Shown: positions 27,961 through 41,944 of the stretch, piece after piece
Layout: each line of letters starts with the position of its first letter
Numbering within the stretch: position 1 is the first letter of the stretch
NCBI GenBank assembly: GCA_002269645.1
Contig: NIVC01000619.1
Span: forward strand, 62,001 to 126,000
Origin: Macrostomum lignano
Lineage: Eukaryota
Direction of reading: 5' to 3'
DNA: 64,000 bases
Translations under genes and position numbers: made by a program
The notes under the pieces: model-generated
Databases searched by the model: none
What the model saw: only the letters and a program-made list of their open reading frames with translations
Told to the model about the DNA's origin: nothing

Positions 27961-28514
27961 AATCATACTCAGGGACTTCTCGATTGCTATGCTACGTATC
28001 GCTATTTATAGAATTCCATGGTCTAACTTATGCTTTTAACTGTCCTCTGTCTGCCCCTGACCAGCGACTTTGCACTGTTCATAATGATACATTGTAATCA
28101 CACAGTCTAATGCTACAGTACAGCACTCGTAGAGTATTGGATAATCTCAGGCAATATATTGAACTCTGGTTTGAAGGCACTTGTACCAGACGGGGACTCA
28201 ATAAAACTAGAATGCCCAACTCGGGATAACACCAAAAATAAAACTCACCCCACTACTCTCAAGACTTTTATCCGACAGCTGTGCCACAGAAAGCGAAAGT
28301 CTTCAAGCCTGAGTCAGAGTCTAAACCAATGTGCTTTTACTTCCCGGATGCTCAACGCTCTCAGACGGGGCCAGTTTATGAGTAATGCGGGACTATTTTA
28401 GTTGCCACCAGGTAAATCAAACTGCTTGGATTTGAAGAAAATGGTCTCAAAAAATCCAACCAAGTCATTAAATTTCACGCTTTATAATTTTATAAGTCGT
28501 CCAATAAAATTCGG

Positions 28515-29395
28515 CCATCAGATTAGCAGCATAATTCAAGGAAATGAGTCATCAGATTAGCAACATAATTCAAGGAAATGAGTCATCAGATTAGCAGAAT
28601 CATTCAAGGAAATGAGTCATCAGATTAGCAGAATCATTCAAGGAAATGAGTCATCAGATTAGCAGAATCATTCAAGGAAATGAGTCATCAGATTCAGATT
28701 AGCAGAAACATTCAAGGAAATGAGTCATCAGATTAGCAGAATCATTTAAGGAAATGAGTCATCAGATTCAGATTAGCAGAAACATTCAAGGAAATGAGTC
28801 ATCAGATTAGCAGAATCATTTAAGGAAATGAGTCATCAGATTCAGATTAGCAGAAACATTCAAGGAAATGAGTCATCAGATTCAGATTAGCAGAATCATC
28901 AAGGAAATGAGTCATCAGATTAGCAGAATCATTCAAGGAAATGAGTCATCAGATTAGCAGAATCATTCAAGGAAATGAGTCATCAGATTAGCAGAATCAT
29001 TCAAGGAAATGAGTCATCAGATTAGCAGAATCATTCAAGGAAATGAGTCATCAGATTAGCAGAATCATTCAAGGAAATGAGTCATCAGATTAGCAGAATC
29101 ATTCAAGGAAATGAGTCATCAGATTAGCAGAATCATTCAAGGAAATGAGTCATCAGATTAGCAGAATCATTCAAGGAAATGAGTCATCAGATTAGCAGAA
29201 TCATTCAAGGAAATGAGTCATCAGATTAGCAGAATCATTCAAGGAAATGAGTCATCAGATTAGCAGAATCATTCAAGGAAATGAGTCATCAGATTAGCAG
29301 AATCATTCAAGGAAATGAGTCATCAGATTAGCAGAATCATTCAAGGAAATGAGTCATCAGATTAGCAGAATCATTCAAGGAAATGAGTCATCAAT
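28515..29395. repeat. 34-bp satellite (catcagattagcagaatcattcaaggaaatgagt)
   Basis: ~25 units, some with an extra cagatt duplication. Confidence 0.95.
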
Positions 29396-29984
29396 TTATA
29401 TTAATCATTGAAAGCAAATACTAACTTATGGCAGTTAGCCATCAAAGGAACGATTTCTGCAACAGAGGTCAGAGCAAGGGCTCAAAAATCGATATTCTGC
29501 ATATGCATCGGCACATTAAGCACTATTATTATCGCTTCTAAATCTGCTTAAAGTGTGGCAGCTCGCTAGCTCAGCAACTGCTCTCCCAATTGTCTCGGTG
29601 GGATCATCCGAGGTCTCTAGGAAAATTCCAATCCAGTCAGCGGGAGGCTGCCTCCCGCCGCTGTATATTTATACTGCTTTTTCTGGTTCGGTCGGCCTCG
29701 CCATGATCTCTGCTGCAATGCCTCCGGCTGCCTCCTCCGTCCCTTGGGGTGCCAGAAAAGGGGTGCGACAGAATTTTTTATTTTTAAAATGGAACGAGGA
29801 GGGGGGGGCTTTTTGAACCGCCTCGGGGCGTCTGCTGACGAGCTTGTTAAAGTAAGGCATTGCCAGTTGTTAAAGTACATCGAATTAGGGCTGCGGTCCG
29901 TGTGAAACTCCAGTGCTCTCCTGTGAGCTCTAGCTTGAGTACTTCACTAATAACTAGTGCTCAAATCTCTAAATCCACGAATAT

Positions 29985-30415
29985 CAAGTCCCCATCACCC
30001 GATAATCAAATCTCACTCGATAATCAAATCTCATCCGATAATCAAATCTCACCCGATAATCAAATCTCACCCGATAATCAAATGTCACCCGATTATGAAA
30101 TCTCATCCGATATAATCAAATCTCACCCGAAAATCAAATCTCATCCGATAGTCGATTCTCACCCGATTTTTAAATCTCACCCGATAATGAAATATCACCC
30201 GATTTTCAAATCTCACCCGATAATCAAATCTCACCCGATAATCAAATCCCCGCCTACGATAATCAAATCTCGCCCCTTAATCAAATCTCATCCAAAAATC
30301 AAATCTCACCCGACTATCAAATCTCATCCGATATAATCAAATCTCACCCGATAATCAAATCTCATCTGATAGTCGATTCTCACCCGATAATAAAATCTCA
30401 CCCGATTTTCAAATC
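29985..30415. repeat. 18-bp minisatellite (aaatctcacccgataatc)
   Basis: Degenerate tandem units. Confidence 0.9.
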
Positions 30416-30814
30416 CCTAAAACCGTCCCGCCCCAGTCCGAGCCCGGGTCCTCACTCTCCTACCGCAGTATCGATTTATGTCTCCCAAAAAACCCAAAAA
30501 TCAATCTCCAAGTCCAGACAGACATCTAATCTCCCGAAAATCGGTTGTAGCCAAAGACGGATTAGCAACAACGATGGGGATGTAAGACTGAAGTAAGGCT
30601 GTGCTGCTATTTTAAACACGAGATTAGCAGCAAGTAGCGCTGGTCCATGGGGATGACAGATGTTCTCCGTACGAAGTATTCTAATGCTGAGATCTCACTA
30701 CTAATTGAGTCTATTTTCGACACCTAGCCTTCGCCGAGAGAAATTTCCTCTTTTTTCAGCACTCGATGTCTAGATGTCTAAAAACATTCTTCTTACATGT
30801 AGTTTTCTGTCGCT

Positions 30815-31140
30815 GAGTAGTCTATGCTTGAGTAGTCTGTCTTTGAGTAGTCTGTCTTTGAGTAGTCTGTCTTTGAGTAGTCTGTCTTTGAGTAGTCTGT
30901 CTTTGAGTAGTCTGTCTTTGAGTAGTCTGTCTTTGAGTAGTCTGTCTTTGAGTAGTCTGTCTTTGAGTAGTCTGTCTTTGAGTAGTCTGTCTTTGAGTAG
31001 TCTGTCTTTGAGTAGTCTGTCTTTGAGTAGTCTGTCTTTGAGTAGTCTGTCTTTGAGTAGTCTGTCTTTGAGTAGTCTGTCTTTGAGTAGTCTGTCTTTG
31101 AGTAGTCTGTCTTTGAGTAGTCTGTCTTTAAGTAGTCTAT
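30815..31140. repeat. 15-bp minisatellite (gagtagtctgtcttt)
   Basis: ~20 essentially perfect units. Confidence 0.97.
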
Positions 31141-31424
31141 CCTAGTCTATCTACACTAATAATGAGGTACAATTAATATGGAAAAACTGTTGTTTAAACG
31201 CTTCCATCAAAATTCATGAGGGAAATTCACCCAAGTTTTCAGTTTCCTTATAGAGCAAGACCGAATCCTACTGCTCAGCCATCTTTGAGGCCATAAAGGT
31301 GTCCACAGAATACAAGCAACAGTGCTTCCGATAATGGCTATGCTTTCACGCTAATGGATCCCAGTTCTGCGTCAATGGCGGCTTTCTGTCAGACGTCACA
31401 ATTTGATTTGCTTCCAACTCATTC

Positions 31425-32228
<804 letters not shown>

Positions 32229-32860
32229 CTCAGAGAAAGCCTTACCTCATCATCTCAGAGAAAGCCTTACCTCATCATCTCAGAGAAAGCCTTACCTCCC
32301 TGCGTCTCAGAAGGCTGTCGGAGCTCCCATTGAGTTGTCCTTCATAGTTCTCGCGATGCTTCAATCGGTCTCACGCCGTCTCCTGTCTCTTATTTCCTGT
32401 CTTAAAATCGAGCGAAGCCACCCTGGGAGAATCGCTACTAGTTAAGCCAGTCGCTCCCATCAGTGTGCGAGCTGCCCACCGCCCTCGCAGCTGATTCCCA
32501 TTGGCTGGTTGTTCCTGCCGTCTCACTCTGCCCCTCACACCGCCACATACCAAACACGAACCCTTCAAATCTCGGAAGTCAGTCTGTCCTGAACCAAGCC
32601 AACCATTATTGCTGTCAATCCTGATCTCTCATAACTCGTTAATTTCGTTGAAGCTTATCAGAAAGTTTGGACACATGAAGCACATTATCGCCCATTGTTT
32701 CAAGTTATTGTCTGTACATAGCTCTCGGCTTTTTCAATTCAGTTTTTGAAATAAATTCCAATAAAATTTGTGATTTTTAATAAAAACTTCTAACTGTCCT
32801 ACTCGCAGTAGTCACCTGTGAAAAAGTTGCGGTAACATTTTGAAAATCGTTTTTCGCGCA

Positions 32861-33210
32861 TTCAGAAGAGGTGATTCAGAAATCAGAAAAGATGATTTAG
32901 AAGAGAAGATTCAGAAAAGGTGATTCAGAAGAGGTGATTCAGAAAAGATGATTTACAAGAGATGATTCAGAAAAGGTGATTCAGAAGAGGTGATTCAGAA
33001 AAGATGATTTAGAAGAGAAGATTCAGAAAAGGTGATTCAGAAGAGGTGATTCAGAAAAGATGATTTAGAAGAGAAGATTCAGAAAAGGTGATTCAGAAGA
33101 GGTGATTCAGAAAAGATGATTTAGAAGAGAAGATTCAGAAAAGGTGATTCAGAAGAGGTGATTCAGAAAAGATGATTTAGAAGAGAAGATTCAGAAAAGG
33201 TGATTTATTG
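32861..33210. repeat. 56-bp higher-order repeat of four 14-bp monomers
   Basis: ttcagaagaggtga / ttcagaaaagatga / tttagaagagaaga / ttcagaaaaggtga cycling ~6 times. Confidence 0.9.
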
Positions 33211-33997
33211 TAGAAAAGGTGATAACTCTTCTCAATAATATTACAAAATTATACTTTTTATAACATACGATTGAGCAGAGATGATTCAGAATGAACCGCA
33301 AAGTAGTGAATTCAAAAATAGATTTTTCCGGTTTCGGGCAATGGGGCAAAGCGGTCTTGAACTGCACAGCAGGGAGCCTACTCAATTTTAAGAAGCGGCC
33401 TTCTAGAAGCAGAAAAAGACCGAGCTCGTAAAAAGCGCGGATTATTTCGCCCGAGTCTGTGACTGGACTTGAAAGACTCGCCAAGCGGGGGTGCTTTTTC
33501 GCCGAAAGCAAAACAGCTGCCAACGAGTGCAGGGCACTAGCTATCTACCTACGCGATGCTTTTTGCAGCCGGTCAAAGATGAAAACCCGAGGGGGCTGTG
33601 AGAGCCGGAGAAAATATAATGGCGCTCAGCATCAGCTGTGGATGATGCGAGCTCGTGAGAGACTTTCTTATAGGGTCAGCTGTGCGTGTTTGAGAATTCT
33701 AATACCCTTTGCCGTCTGTTGTAGCTGGCTGAAGTTTTTTTGTAAACTTGAGCCAGCAGGCAAGTGCATTGTTGGCTAAGTAGGGGGGGGGGGCTGCAGT
33801 GTCAGAGAGAGAGAGGGAGTCGGTTGAGTGGCCCCAAGCAGTGCAGCTGTCTTCTCATTGGTCCAGTTGGAATTTCGCTCTTGCGCATAAATTCCATCCA
33901 GCATTCGCCGAGACAGAAAGCCAGGCAAGGCACAGGTAGATACCCGGCCAGACAAATCTGTTTTCTACAGCTGCCCCCCCCCCGGCAGCAGCATCCG

Positions 33998-36900
33998 ATG
34001 CAGCGACATCAGTCGATGGCTCTGACGGACTCGCAGCTTCCTCTCGGCCTGATTGACAGCCTGCTGAGCTTCCTTGGCGAGGAGCTCGAAGGCGAGCGGC
34101 TGAGCCAGCCTGCCAGAGAGCGGCAGCGAAGCCTGCTCAGCCACCTTCGTCAGCAGGTCGGTCCGGGCAGCCGCGGCGGCAGCAACGAGGCGTCGCCGAG
34201 AATTGGTGAGCTGAGCAGCTTTTGGTGTCTTCTTGGAGTGACAAGTTTGATATATTAGTAGCGTGCGCAGGCGAGATAGGCACTCTGGGGTGAAACTCTT
34301 TTGTCTTTTTAGCGTCAAAATTGGTGTTTTCATGTGAGGCCAAAATTTGGGTGTGCCTGTGGCGCCAAAGTTCCTGTCTGTGGCGCGAAAGTTGATTTCT
34401 GTGGCGCCAAAGTTCTTGTCTGTGGCGTCAAAGTTCCTGTCTGTGGCGCCAAAGTATGTGTCTGTGGCGCCAAACGTCCTGTCTGTGGCGTCAAACGTCC
34501 TGTCTGTGGCGTCAAAGTTCCTGTCTGTGGCGCCAAAGTTCCTGTCTGTGGCGCCAAAGTTCCTGTCTGTGGCGCCAAAGTATGTGTCTGTGGCGCCAAA
34601 GTTTGTGTCTGTGGCGCCAAAGTTCTTGTCTGTGGCGCCAAAGTTCCTGTCTGTGGCGCCAAAGTTCCTGTCTGTGGCGCCAAAGTTCCTGTCTGTGGCG
34701 CCAAAGTTTGTGTCTGTGGCGCCAAAGTTCCTGTCTGTGGCGCCAAAGTTCCTATCTGTGGCGCCAAAGTTCCTGTCTGTGGCGCCAAACGTCCTGTCTG
34801 CAATACTAGCATTGTTTAATTCCTTGAGACAAAATTCGTGTGTGCCTTTGACGCCAAGCCCAGCAGGCCAGCATCTTCAAGTAGGTTGAGCTTCATTAAA
34901 AATAGTGTAAAAGATTTTGTTTCCCAAGAAAAAGTCTACATAGCACCGCTGGATATTGTTTAATTCTTAGAACAATGTCTGGCACGAGCTTGTGCTTTCT
35001 ATGTCAGGGCTTAGTTCGGCTAAATTCCGAATATGGGCTACTGCTAAGAGTTGAGCAATTGCGCAATAGAGCAGTACAAGCGCCTAGAATGACAACAACA
35101 AGCTGTGATAGACAAGGCAGAGGGGTTGACTCAAGAAAAAATTCGCTAAAAGATATTCTGCTCACCGGCGAGTGTTATTAAAAGAACTGCTTGCGCATCG
35201 CTTGCGCGCCTGTGGGCTGTCCAGAATGGAAGAAGAACTTGAAGAAGAAGCTTGAAGAACTGCGTAGCAAAAGAAAAAGCAAGAAAACCCTGCCCCCCCC
35301 AGCTAACTAAGTTAAGCTCTCTAACGATTGCAGGTGGGCCCAAGGCGAGGCTGTCTCTGCCGCCGCAACTGTATGATTCCAAGTGAGTTTACACTGCATG
35401 CAGCATTCAAGTTCGGAATGCAGTGAGACTCCAGCCATGGAGAGCTCGAAGTGCTGTCTGGAGTTACAATTTTGAGAAATCCTCAGGAAAATTGCCACAC
35501 AAATGGACAAGAGCTGTCACTGCAATCTCTGAATCTGAAAAATCAAGTGGACTATGGGGTATTTTCTTTCAGAAATGACTAACACAATAATACTTGACGA
35601 CATCATTCCCTTCTACAATTTGCAGTTTTAGCCAGGGCTCAGATGGCAGCGAGCAGTCTCTCGAAGGTAAGAGCCAGCAGTTGAATTATTAATGCTGACA
35701 TGCAATTCGATTTTAAAATACTATTGCTAATTCAAATTTTGTGTCATTCTTTGCAGACTACGAAATCCCCGGCGCGCTTGTTGCAGAATCCATTCCGTAA
35801 GTCGTTGACTTGCTGGCTTACTTCCTTCCTCTGGGCCGAGCTGGGCTCCGGAACTCGGTTATTAGTCCCCTCCCCAACACCCCCGATTCATGTGCCAGCA
35901 GTTGACCCAATTTCTGTCCCTGGCTTCCCGGCCGACCACACCTCCAGCGACTTGGCGGTGACGTAAATCCGGTCTGGGCAACAATTTCAGTCCTGTAATT
36001 TTTTCGACTCATCGCGTTGCGTGTTCAAAACTTCTTGTGAGAGTTGACTTTGTCCACTTCCCGTCAAACAGACAAACAAGCAGTGGACACACTGGTTGAA
36101 CTCATCAGACACAATGACCGTTGGCTCAACCAAGAAACCTTATTCTGTACGCCCAAAAAACAATCTTTACTTAAAAATCAAAAAAATATTTATACTCGTA
36201 TGCTAAAAACATCGACACAATATTCTAAAAAATGTCAGACCACACAAACTCCGCAGACACAACCGACACCAACTCCCCAGACACAACCGACACCAACTCC
36301 CCAGACGCAACCGACATCAACTCCCCAGACACAACCGACACCAACTCCCCAGACGCAACCGACACCAACTCCGCAGACACAACCGACACCAACTCCCCAG
36401 ACACAACCGACATCAACTCCCCAGACACAACCGACACCAACTCACGAGACATAACCGACACCAACTCACGAGACACAACCGACACCAACTCCCCAGACAC
36501 AACCGACACCAACTCCCCAGACACAACCGACACCAACTCCCCAGACACAACCGACACCAACTCCCCAGACACAACCGACATCAACTCCCCAGACACAACC
36601 GACACCAACTCCCCAGACACAACCGACACCAACTCCGCAGACACAACCGACACCAACTCCCCAGACACAACCGACACCAACTCACGAGACACAACCGACA
36701 CCAACTCCCCAGACACAACCGACACCAACTCCCCAGACACAACTGACACCAACTCCCCAGACACAACCGACACCAACTCCCCAGACACAACCGACACCAA
36801 CTCCCCAGACACAACCGACACCAACTCACGAGACACAACCGACACCAACTCCCCAGACACAACCGACACCAACTCCCCAGACACAACCGACACCAACTCC

Positions 36901-39900
36901 CCAGACACAACCGACACCAACTCCCCAGACACAACCGACACCAACTCCCCAGACACAACCGACACCAACTCCCCAGACACAACCGACACCAACTCCCCAG
37001 ACACAACCGACACCAACTCCCCAGACACAACCGACACCAACTCCCCAGACACAACCGACACCAACTCCCCAGACACAACCGACACCAACTCCCCAGACAC
37101 AACCGACACCAACTCCCCAGACACAACCGACACCAACTCCCCAGACACAACCGACACCAACTCCCCAGACACAACCGACACCAACTCCCCAGACACAACC
37201 GACACCAACTCCCCAGACACAACCGACACCAACTCCCCAGACACAACCGACACCAACTCCCCAGACACAACCGACACCAACTCAGGAGACACAACCGACA
37301 CCAACTCCCCAGACACAACCGACACCAACTCCCCAGACACAACCGATACCAACTCCCCAGACACAACCGACACCAACTCAGGAGACACAACCGACACCAA
37401 CTCCCCAGACACAACCGACACCAACTCCCCAGACACAACCGACATCAACTCCCCAGACACAACCGACACCAACTCCCCAGACACAACCGACACCAACTCC
37501 CCAGACACAACCGACACCAACTCCTCAGACATAACCGACACCAACTCCCCAGACACAACCGACACCAACTCACGAGACACAACCGACACCAACTCCCCAG
37601 ACACAACCGACACCAACTCCCCAGACACAACCGACACCAACCTCACCAGACACAATTAATACCCCTTACCAAATACGTACAAGGAACTTTCTAAACTCTT
37701 GCTACGAGTACAATGTATCAAATGAAGCATTCCCTGTTACGGTTTACAACTGTAGTTTATAACAGAAGTCTCTGTGGCTTATTTCGTTACAAGGGCCGCC
37801 AGTTGCTCTGTCATATGCAATTTTCAGACTGCCATCTCGTCGTCGGGTCAGCGCTGGAGCCCGTCGAATGTCGGCGCTGCCTGAACAGCAGCAGCACCAG
37901 CAGCAGCAATATCAGCAGCAAAAACAACAGCAGCAGCACCCAACTCATGGTGGAGTGAGCATCGTTGGTCCTTTGTGGCACAGACGCCGTTCCTGTCGCT
38001 GGCAGCGGCTCCCTTACTGCGCCCTGCACCCGACGGGTCTGCACTGTCACAAGAGTCGCAGCGCCGGATTTCAGCAGCAGCAGCCGACACTGTCGCTGGC
38101 CCTTGCAGGTTACACCGTGCTCTACGTGCAGCGGGAGTCACAGGTGAGTTCACTTTTCAGTACTGCAAAGCCATTTTTGGGTGCGACATGCGAATTGCCT
38201 GCAGATTATTTGGTGCTCACCACTTAATTGATAAAATAGTAGCTGAGTTTTGGACTCAGTAGCTGAGTTGGGGACTCAGTAGCTGAGTTGGGGACTCAGT
38301 AGCTGAGTTGGGGACTCAGTAGCTGAGTTGGGGACTCAGTAGCTGAGTTGGGGACTCAGTAGCTGAGTTGGGGACTCAGTAGCTGAGTTGGGGACTCAGT
38401 AGCTGAGTTGGGGACTCAGTAGCTGAGTTGGGGACTCAGTAGCTTAGTTGGGGACTCAGTAGCTGAGTTGGGGACTCAGTAGCTGAGTTGGGGACTCAGT
38501 AGCTGAGTTGGGGACTCAGTAGCTGAGTTGGGGACTCAGTAGCTGAGTTGGGGACTCAGTAGCTGAGTTGGGGACTCAGTAGCCCAAATACATGCCCAAT
38601 GCGTCATTTGAGTTACTGGTAGCTCGTAATTAGCAAAATGCTAAAACCTTAAAAACAAGTAACCAAAAAATCATTCTGCCGCAGGCGGATCACGTTATCA
38701 AGCTGGCCCACCCCAGCCTGCCAACGCACGCTCTGGCGGCGGACACTGAGGAGCAGGCCCGCACCTGGGTGCGCCATCTGGCGGCGCACGCGGCCGGCCT
38801 ACCAACGCCCGCCTTCTGCAGCTTCCTGGCGAGTCCGACGTTGAATTCTGGTCTGCCTGCGAAGAACACAACGATGACAGCTGCTCTGGCAGACATGGAG
38901 CCCACTGACAGCGGCTTCTCCGGGCCCGTGTCGTCCAGCTCGAATGACGACACCTGCGAGCCGCCACCGCATCAGCCGCAGCAGACTCAGTCGCAGTCTT
39001 CAAACTTCAACGGCGTCGATTTGCGTCGAAAATCGCTGGCAAAATCGGCGAGTTTTTCACCTGGAGTTGGTTAGTTTTTGCTATCTGTGAGATGTCTTGC
39101 ATTTACCTGGATTGTAGTTGGTGTTTGCTGTCTGTGAGATGTCTTGCATTTACCTGGATTGTAGTTGGTGTTTGGTGTCTGTGAGATGTCTTGCATTTAC
39201 CTGGATTGTAGTTGGTGTTTGGTGTCTGTGAGATGTCTTGCATTTACCTGGATTGTGGTTGGTGTTTGGTGTCTGTGAGATTTCTTGCATTTACCTGGAT
39301 TGTAGTTGGTGTTTAGTGTCCGTGAGATGTCTTGCATTTACCTGGATTGTGGTTGGTGTTTAGTGTCTGTGAGATTTCTTGCATTTACCTGGATTGTAGT
39401 TGGTGTTTGGTGTCTGTGAGATGTCTTGCATTTACCTGGATTGTGGTTGGTGTTTAGTGTCTGTGAGATGTCTTGCATTTACCTGGATTGTAGTTGGTGT
39501 TTAGTGTCTGTGAGATGTCTTGCATTTACCTGGATTGTGGTTGGTGTTTGGTGTCTGTGAGATGTCTTGCATTTACCTGGATTGTGGTTGGTGTTTAGTG
39601 TCCGTGAGATGTCTTGCATTTACCTGGAGTTTGGTTGGTGGATTCCAGCCGCTTATCGACCCCTGGCTCCACCAAACGCCGCCTTTATCCTCCCCAGAGC
39701 CGGGCCCGACCGCGTCTCTCCCTGCAGCCGCCAAAGCGTCTTCATCGACGACCGCTGGCGGGCTGCTCCGCCGCTTTCGCGAGTCCTTCAGCCTGGGTGC
39801 GGCGGTGATCGCCAGACGCCGGAAATCCAAGCTTGCGGACGACGAAGATTCAGCCGCGGCGGTGGCGGCAGCGGCAGCGACATCCAGCGCAAATCAGTGT

Positions 39901-40560
39901 CAGCGTTGGAATCCTGACGCTCTTCTTTCGGCGCAGACGGAAGTCAGACTGGGCCAAGAGACGGTCTGGCGTCGAAGGCAGCTGCAGCTGCGTGCTGACG
40001 GTCGGCTATACGTCTCCGAGCTCTTGTCCTCGTCGATGTCTTCGGCTGCCCAGCCTTCGACCTGCATTGAGCTGAATGGCCTGCTGTTGGCACCCGCGAC
40101 AGCGCCCGGAAACTGCGGCTTCCGCCTGGCCACGGCGACATCGCCGGAGTGGACGGCACTTGAGGCGCGCGGCCTCGGAAAGCTGGAGATCGGCGCCTGG
40201 CTCAAGCAGCTGGCCTTGGCCACTGGCCTCGCGTCCGCCTACGAGCCGCCAGCTGAGCTGCTCGACCTACCGAGCGCTCGGGCGGCCGCCCTCCGTCAGC
40301 GACTTATGGAGGACAACGGTGGCAGAGCCGCTGTAGGACGAAGAGCCTCAATGCCCTCGGCTGCGATGGCCGAGCAGCTCCAGCAGCTGCAGCAGCAGGT
40401 CGCGCAGCTTCCCATGATGATGATGATACAGCAGCAGCAGCAGCCGCCAGTACTGGAGCGGCAGCACTCGATGATGTGGCGGCCGCTGCCGCCGACGCCA
40501 GTTGAGGCGCAGAGGCGGGGCTCGCTTCTGTTGCCAGCTCAGTCCGCGAGCTACTGGTAG
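33998..40560 (+). CDS. AFAP1: AFAP1 (AFAP-110)/AFAP1L-like adaptor with two PH domains, 7 exons, ~648 aa
   Basis: Exons 33998-34205, 35334-35382, 35626-35666, 35757-35796, 37828-38143, 38685-39065, 39649-40560 close in frame (1947 nt). N-terminal LIDSLLSFLGEELEGERLSQPARERQRSLL resembles AFAP/SKAP helical domain; LYDSN..DYEIP Tyr motifs; PH1 GPLWHRRRSCRWQRLPYCAL..HKS..LSLALAGYTVLYV..HVIKL..ALAADTEEQARTWV; PH2 VWRRRQLQL..IELNG..FRL..LEA..IGAWL. Donor at 39066 (GTTGGT) is the in-frame choice. Confidence 0.8.
34350..34800. repeat. 21-bp minisatellite (tgtggcgccaaagttcctgtc) in AFAP1-like intron 1
   Basis: ~21 tandem units. Confidence 0.95.
36236..37650. repeat. 24-bp minisatellite (ccccagacacaaccgacaccaact), ~1.4 kb, intronic
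   Basis: ~58 units; stop-free in several frames, hence the 475/476-aa ORFs. Confidence 0.97.
38240..38582. repeat. 20-bp minisatellite (agtagctgagttggggactc), intronic
   Basis: ~17 near-perfect units. Confidence 0.97.
39085..39630. repeat. 47-bp minisatellite filling the last AFAP1-like intron
   Basis: Unit ctgtgagatgtcttgcatttacctggattgtagttggtgtttggtgt (starts 39085, 39132, ...), ~12 copies. Confidence 0.95.
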
Positions 40561-40689
40561 ACCAGTCTCAGCAGCAGTGAATCAAATAACCTGATAAACT
40601 AATCTGCTTCGCTGCTTCATCACTTGCAAAAGTCAACTTCCTGAAATTCCAGCCGCTATCTGTCCTGGCATTTGACGGCCTCACCCGAA

Positions 40690-41150
40690 ACCCACGACAT
40701 TACCTGGAACTTATGACGTCTTCACTGGGCCCACGACCTCCCCTGGAACCCACGATCTCCCCTGGAACCCACGACCTCCCCTGGAACCCACGACCTCCCC
40801 TGGAACCCACGACCTCCCCTGGAACCCACGATCTCCCCTGGAACCCACGACCTCTCCTGGAACCCACGACCTCCCCTGGAGCCCACGATCTCCCCTGGAA
40901 CCCACGACCTCCCCTGGAACCCACGACCTCCCCTGAAACCCACGACCTCCCCTGGAACCCACGATCTCCCCTGGAACCCACGACCTCCCTTGGAACCCAC
41001 GACCTACCCTGGAACCCACGACCTCCCCTGGAACCCACGATCTCCCCTGGAACCCACGACCTCCCTTGGAACCCACGACCTACCCTGGAACCCACGATCT
41101 CCCCTGGAACCCACGACCTCCCCTGGAACCCATGATCTTCTTTGGAACCC
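40690..41150. repeat. ~20-21 bp minisatellite (ccctggaacccacga[c/t]ctc)
   Basis: Tandem units downstream of the AFAP1-like stop. Confidence 0.93.
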
Positions 41151-41944
41151 AAATTCTACCCTCCAACAGGCCTCCCCAGATATTTCTTCTAGTTTCTATT
41201 TAATGTCAATGTCAATCTCAAACACGGATTTCAAGATTTTGTCAATAATCAATCGATCAATCGATCTTGACTAAAAGTGTAATGGTTCTCAACCTTATGT
41301 TAAATCTACAATCCAGTGTTTGAAAACAATTGTTATAATTATGAACTATATTTCAAACCCATGTTCACAGTCTGGAGTATGAATGTAATGCTTATAACTT
41401 CAAAACGAAATCAAATAATTTCGAAGCAATCCATACTACTGAAAATATTGTCATGAGTAGAGGGTAGTGCCCAAGCATAGTCTTATTATTTTTCACCTCT
41501 AATGAGTTTGTAGAAAGCTTATACTAATATTTAATTAGAGCAGACTCTTTATTATTTTATTTTCATTCATTTTTTCCTCACTCAAAGCGCCTCAACGTCA
41601 TTAACTGGAACTTCTTTCAAAGTGTTTAGTTAAAAAGTTTTTTGCAAAAGCATTGCTTTGAAAAGAAGACGCCAGGCCTTCGCAAGAAGATTTTTCTGTA
41701 AGTTTTGAACAGCACTGGTTCGCGACAGCCTTCCCCGTTTCTTTTTTTCACCTTTCGCAGCAGTGGGAGACCGCTGCACGTTCGCGTCCCTGTCGATTTC
41801 TTCGCATTATTCGAATAAATTTTCAGCAATACTCAATGCTGAAATTGTTTGTCAGAGTTAATTATTCATTTCTGCATCAATCCAAAACTTTGAAAGCATC
41901 GATTACACAACACAGATGCCTCTGAAGTTCGGTTGCAAATGTTA

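Noticed and set aside
28515-29395. Regular ~34-bp repeats suggestive of a CRISPR array (also 21770, 39085)
   Set aside because: Units are contiguous with no unique spacers, no cas genes, and a eukaryotic context.
33965-34333. 122-aa minus-strand ORF
   Set aside because: Antisense shadow of AFAP1-like exon 1.
36225-37659. 475/476-aa ORFs (DTTDTNSP)n / (ELVSVVSG)n resembling a mucin or surface protein
   Set aside because: Pure 24-bp minisatellite inside an AFAP1-like intron; open on both strands, with no signal peptide or unique domain.
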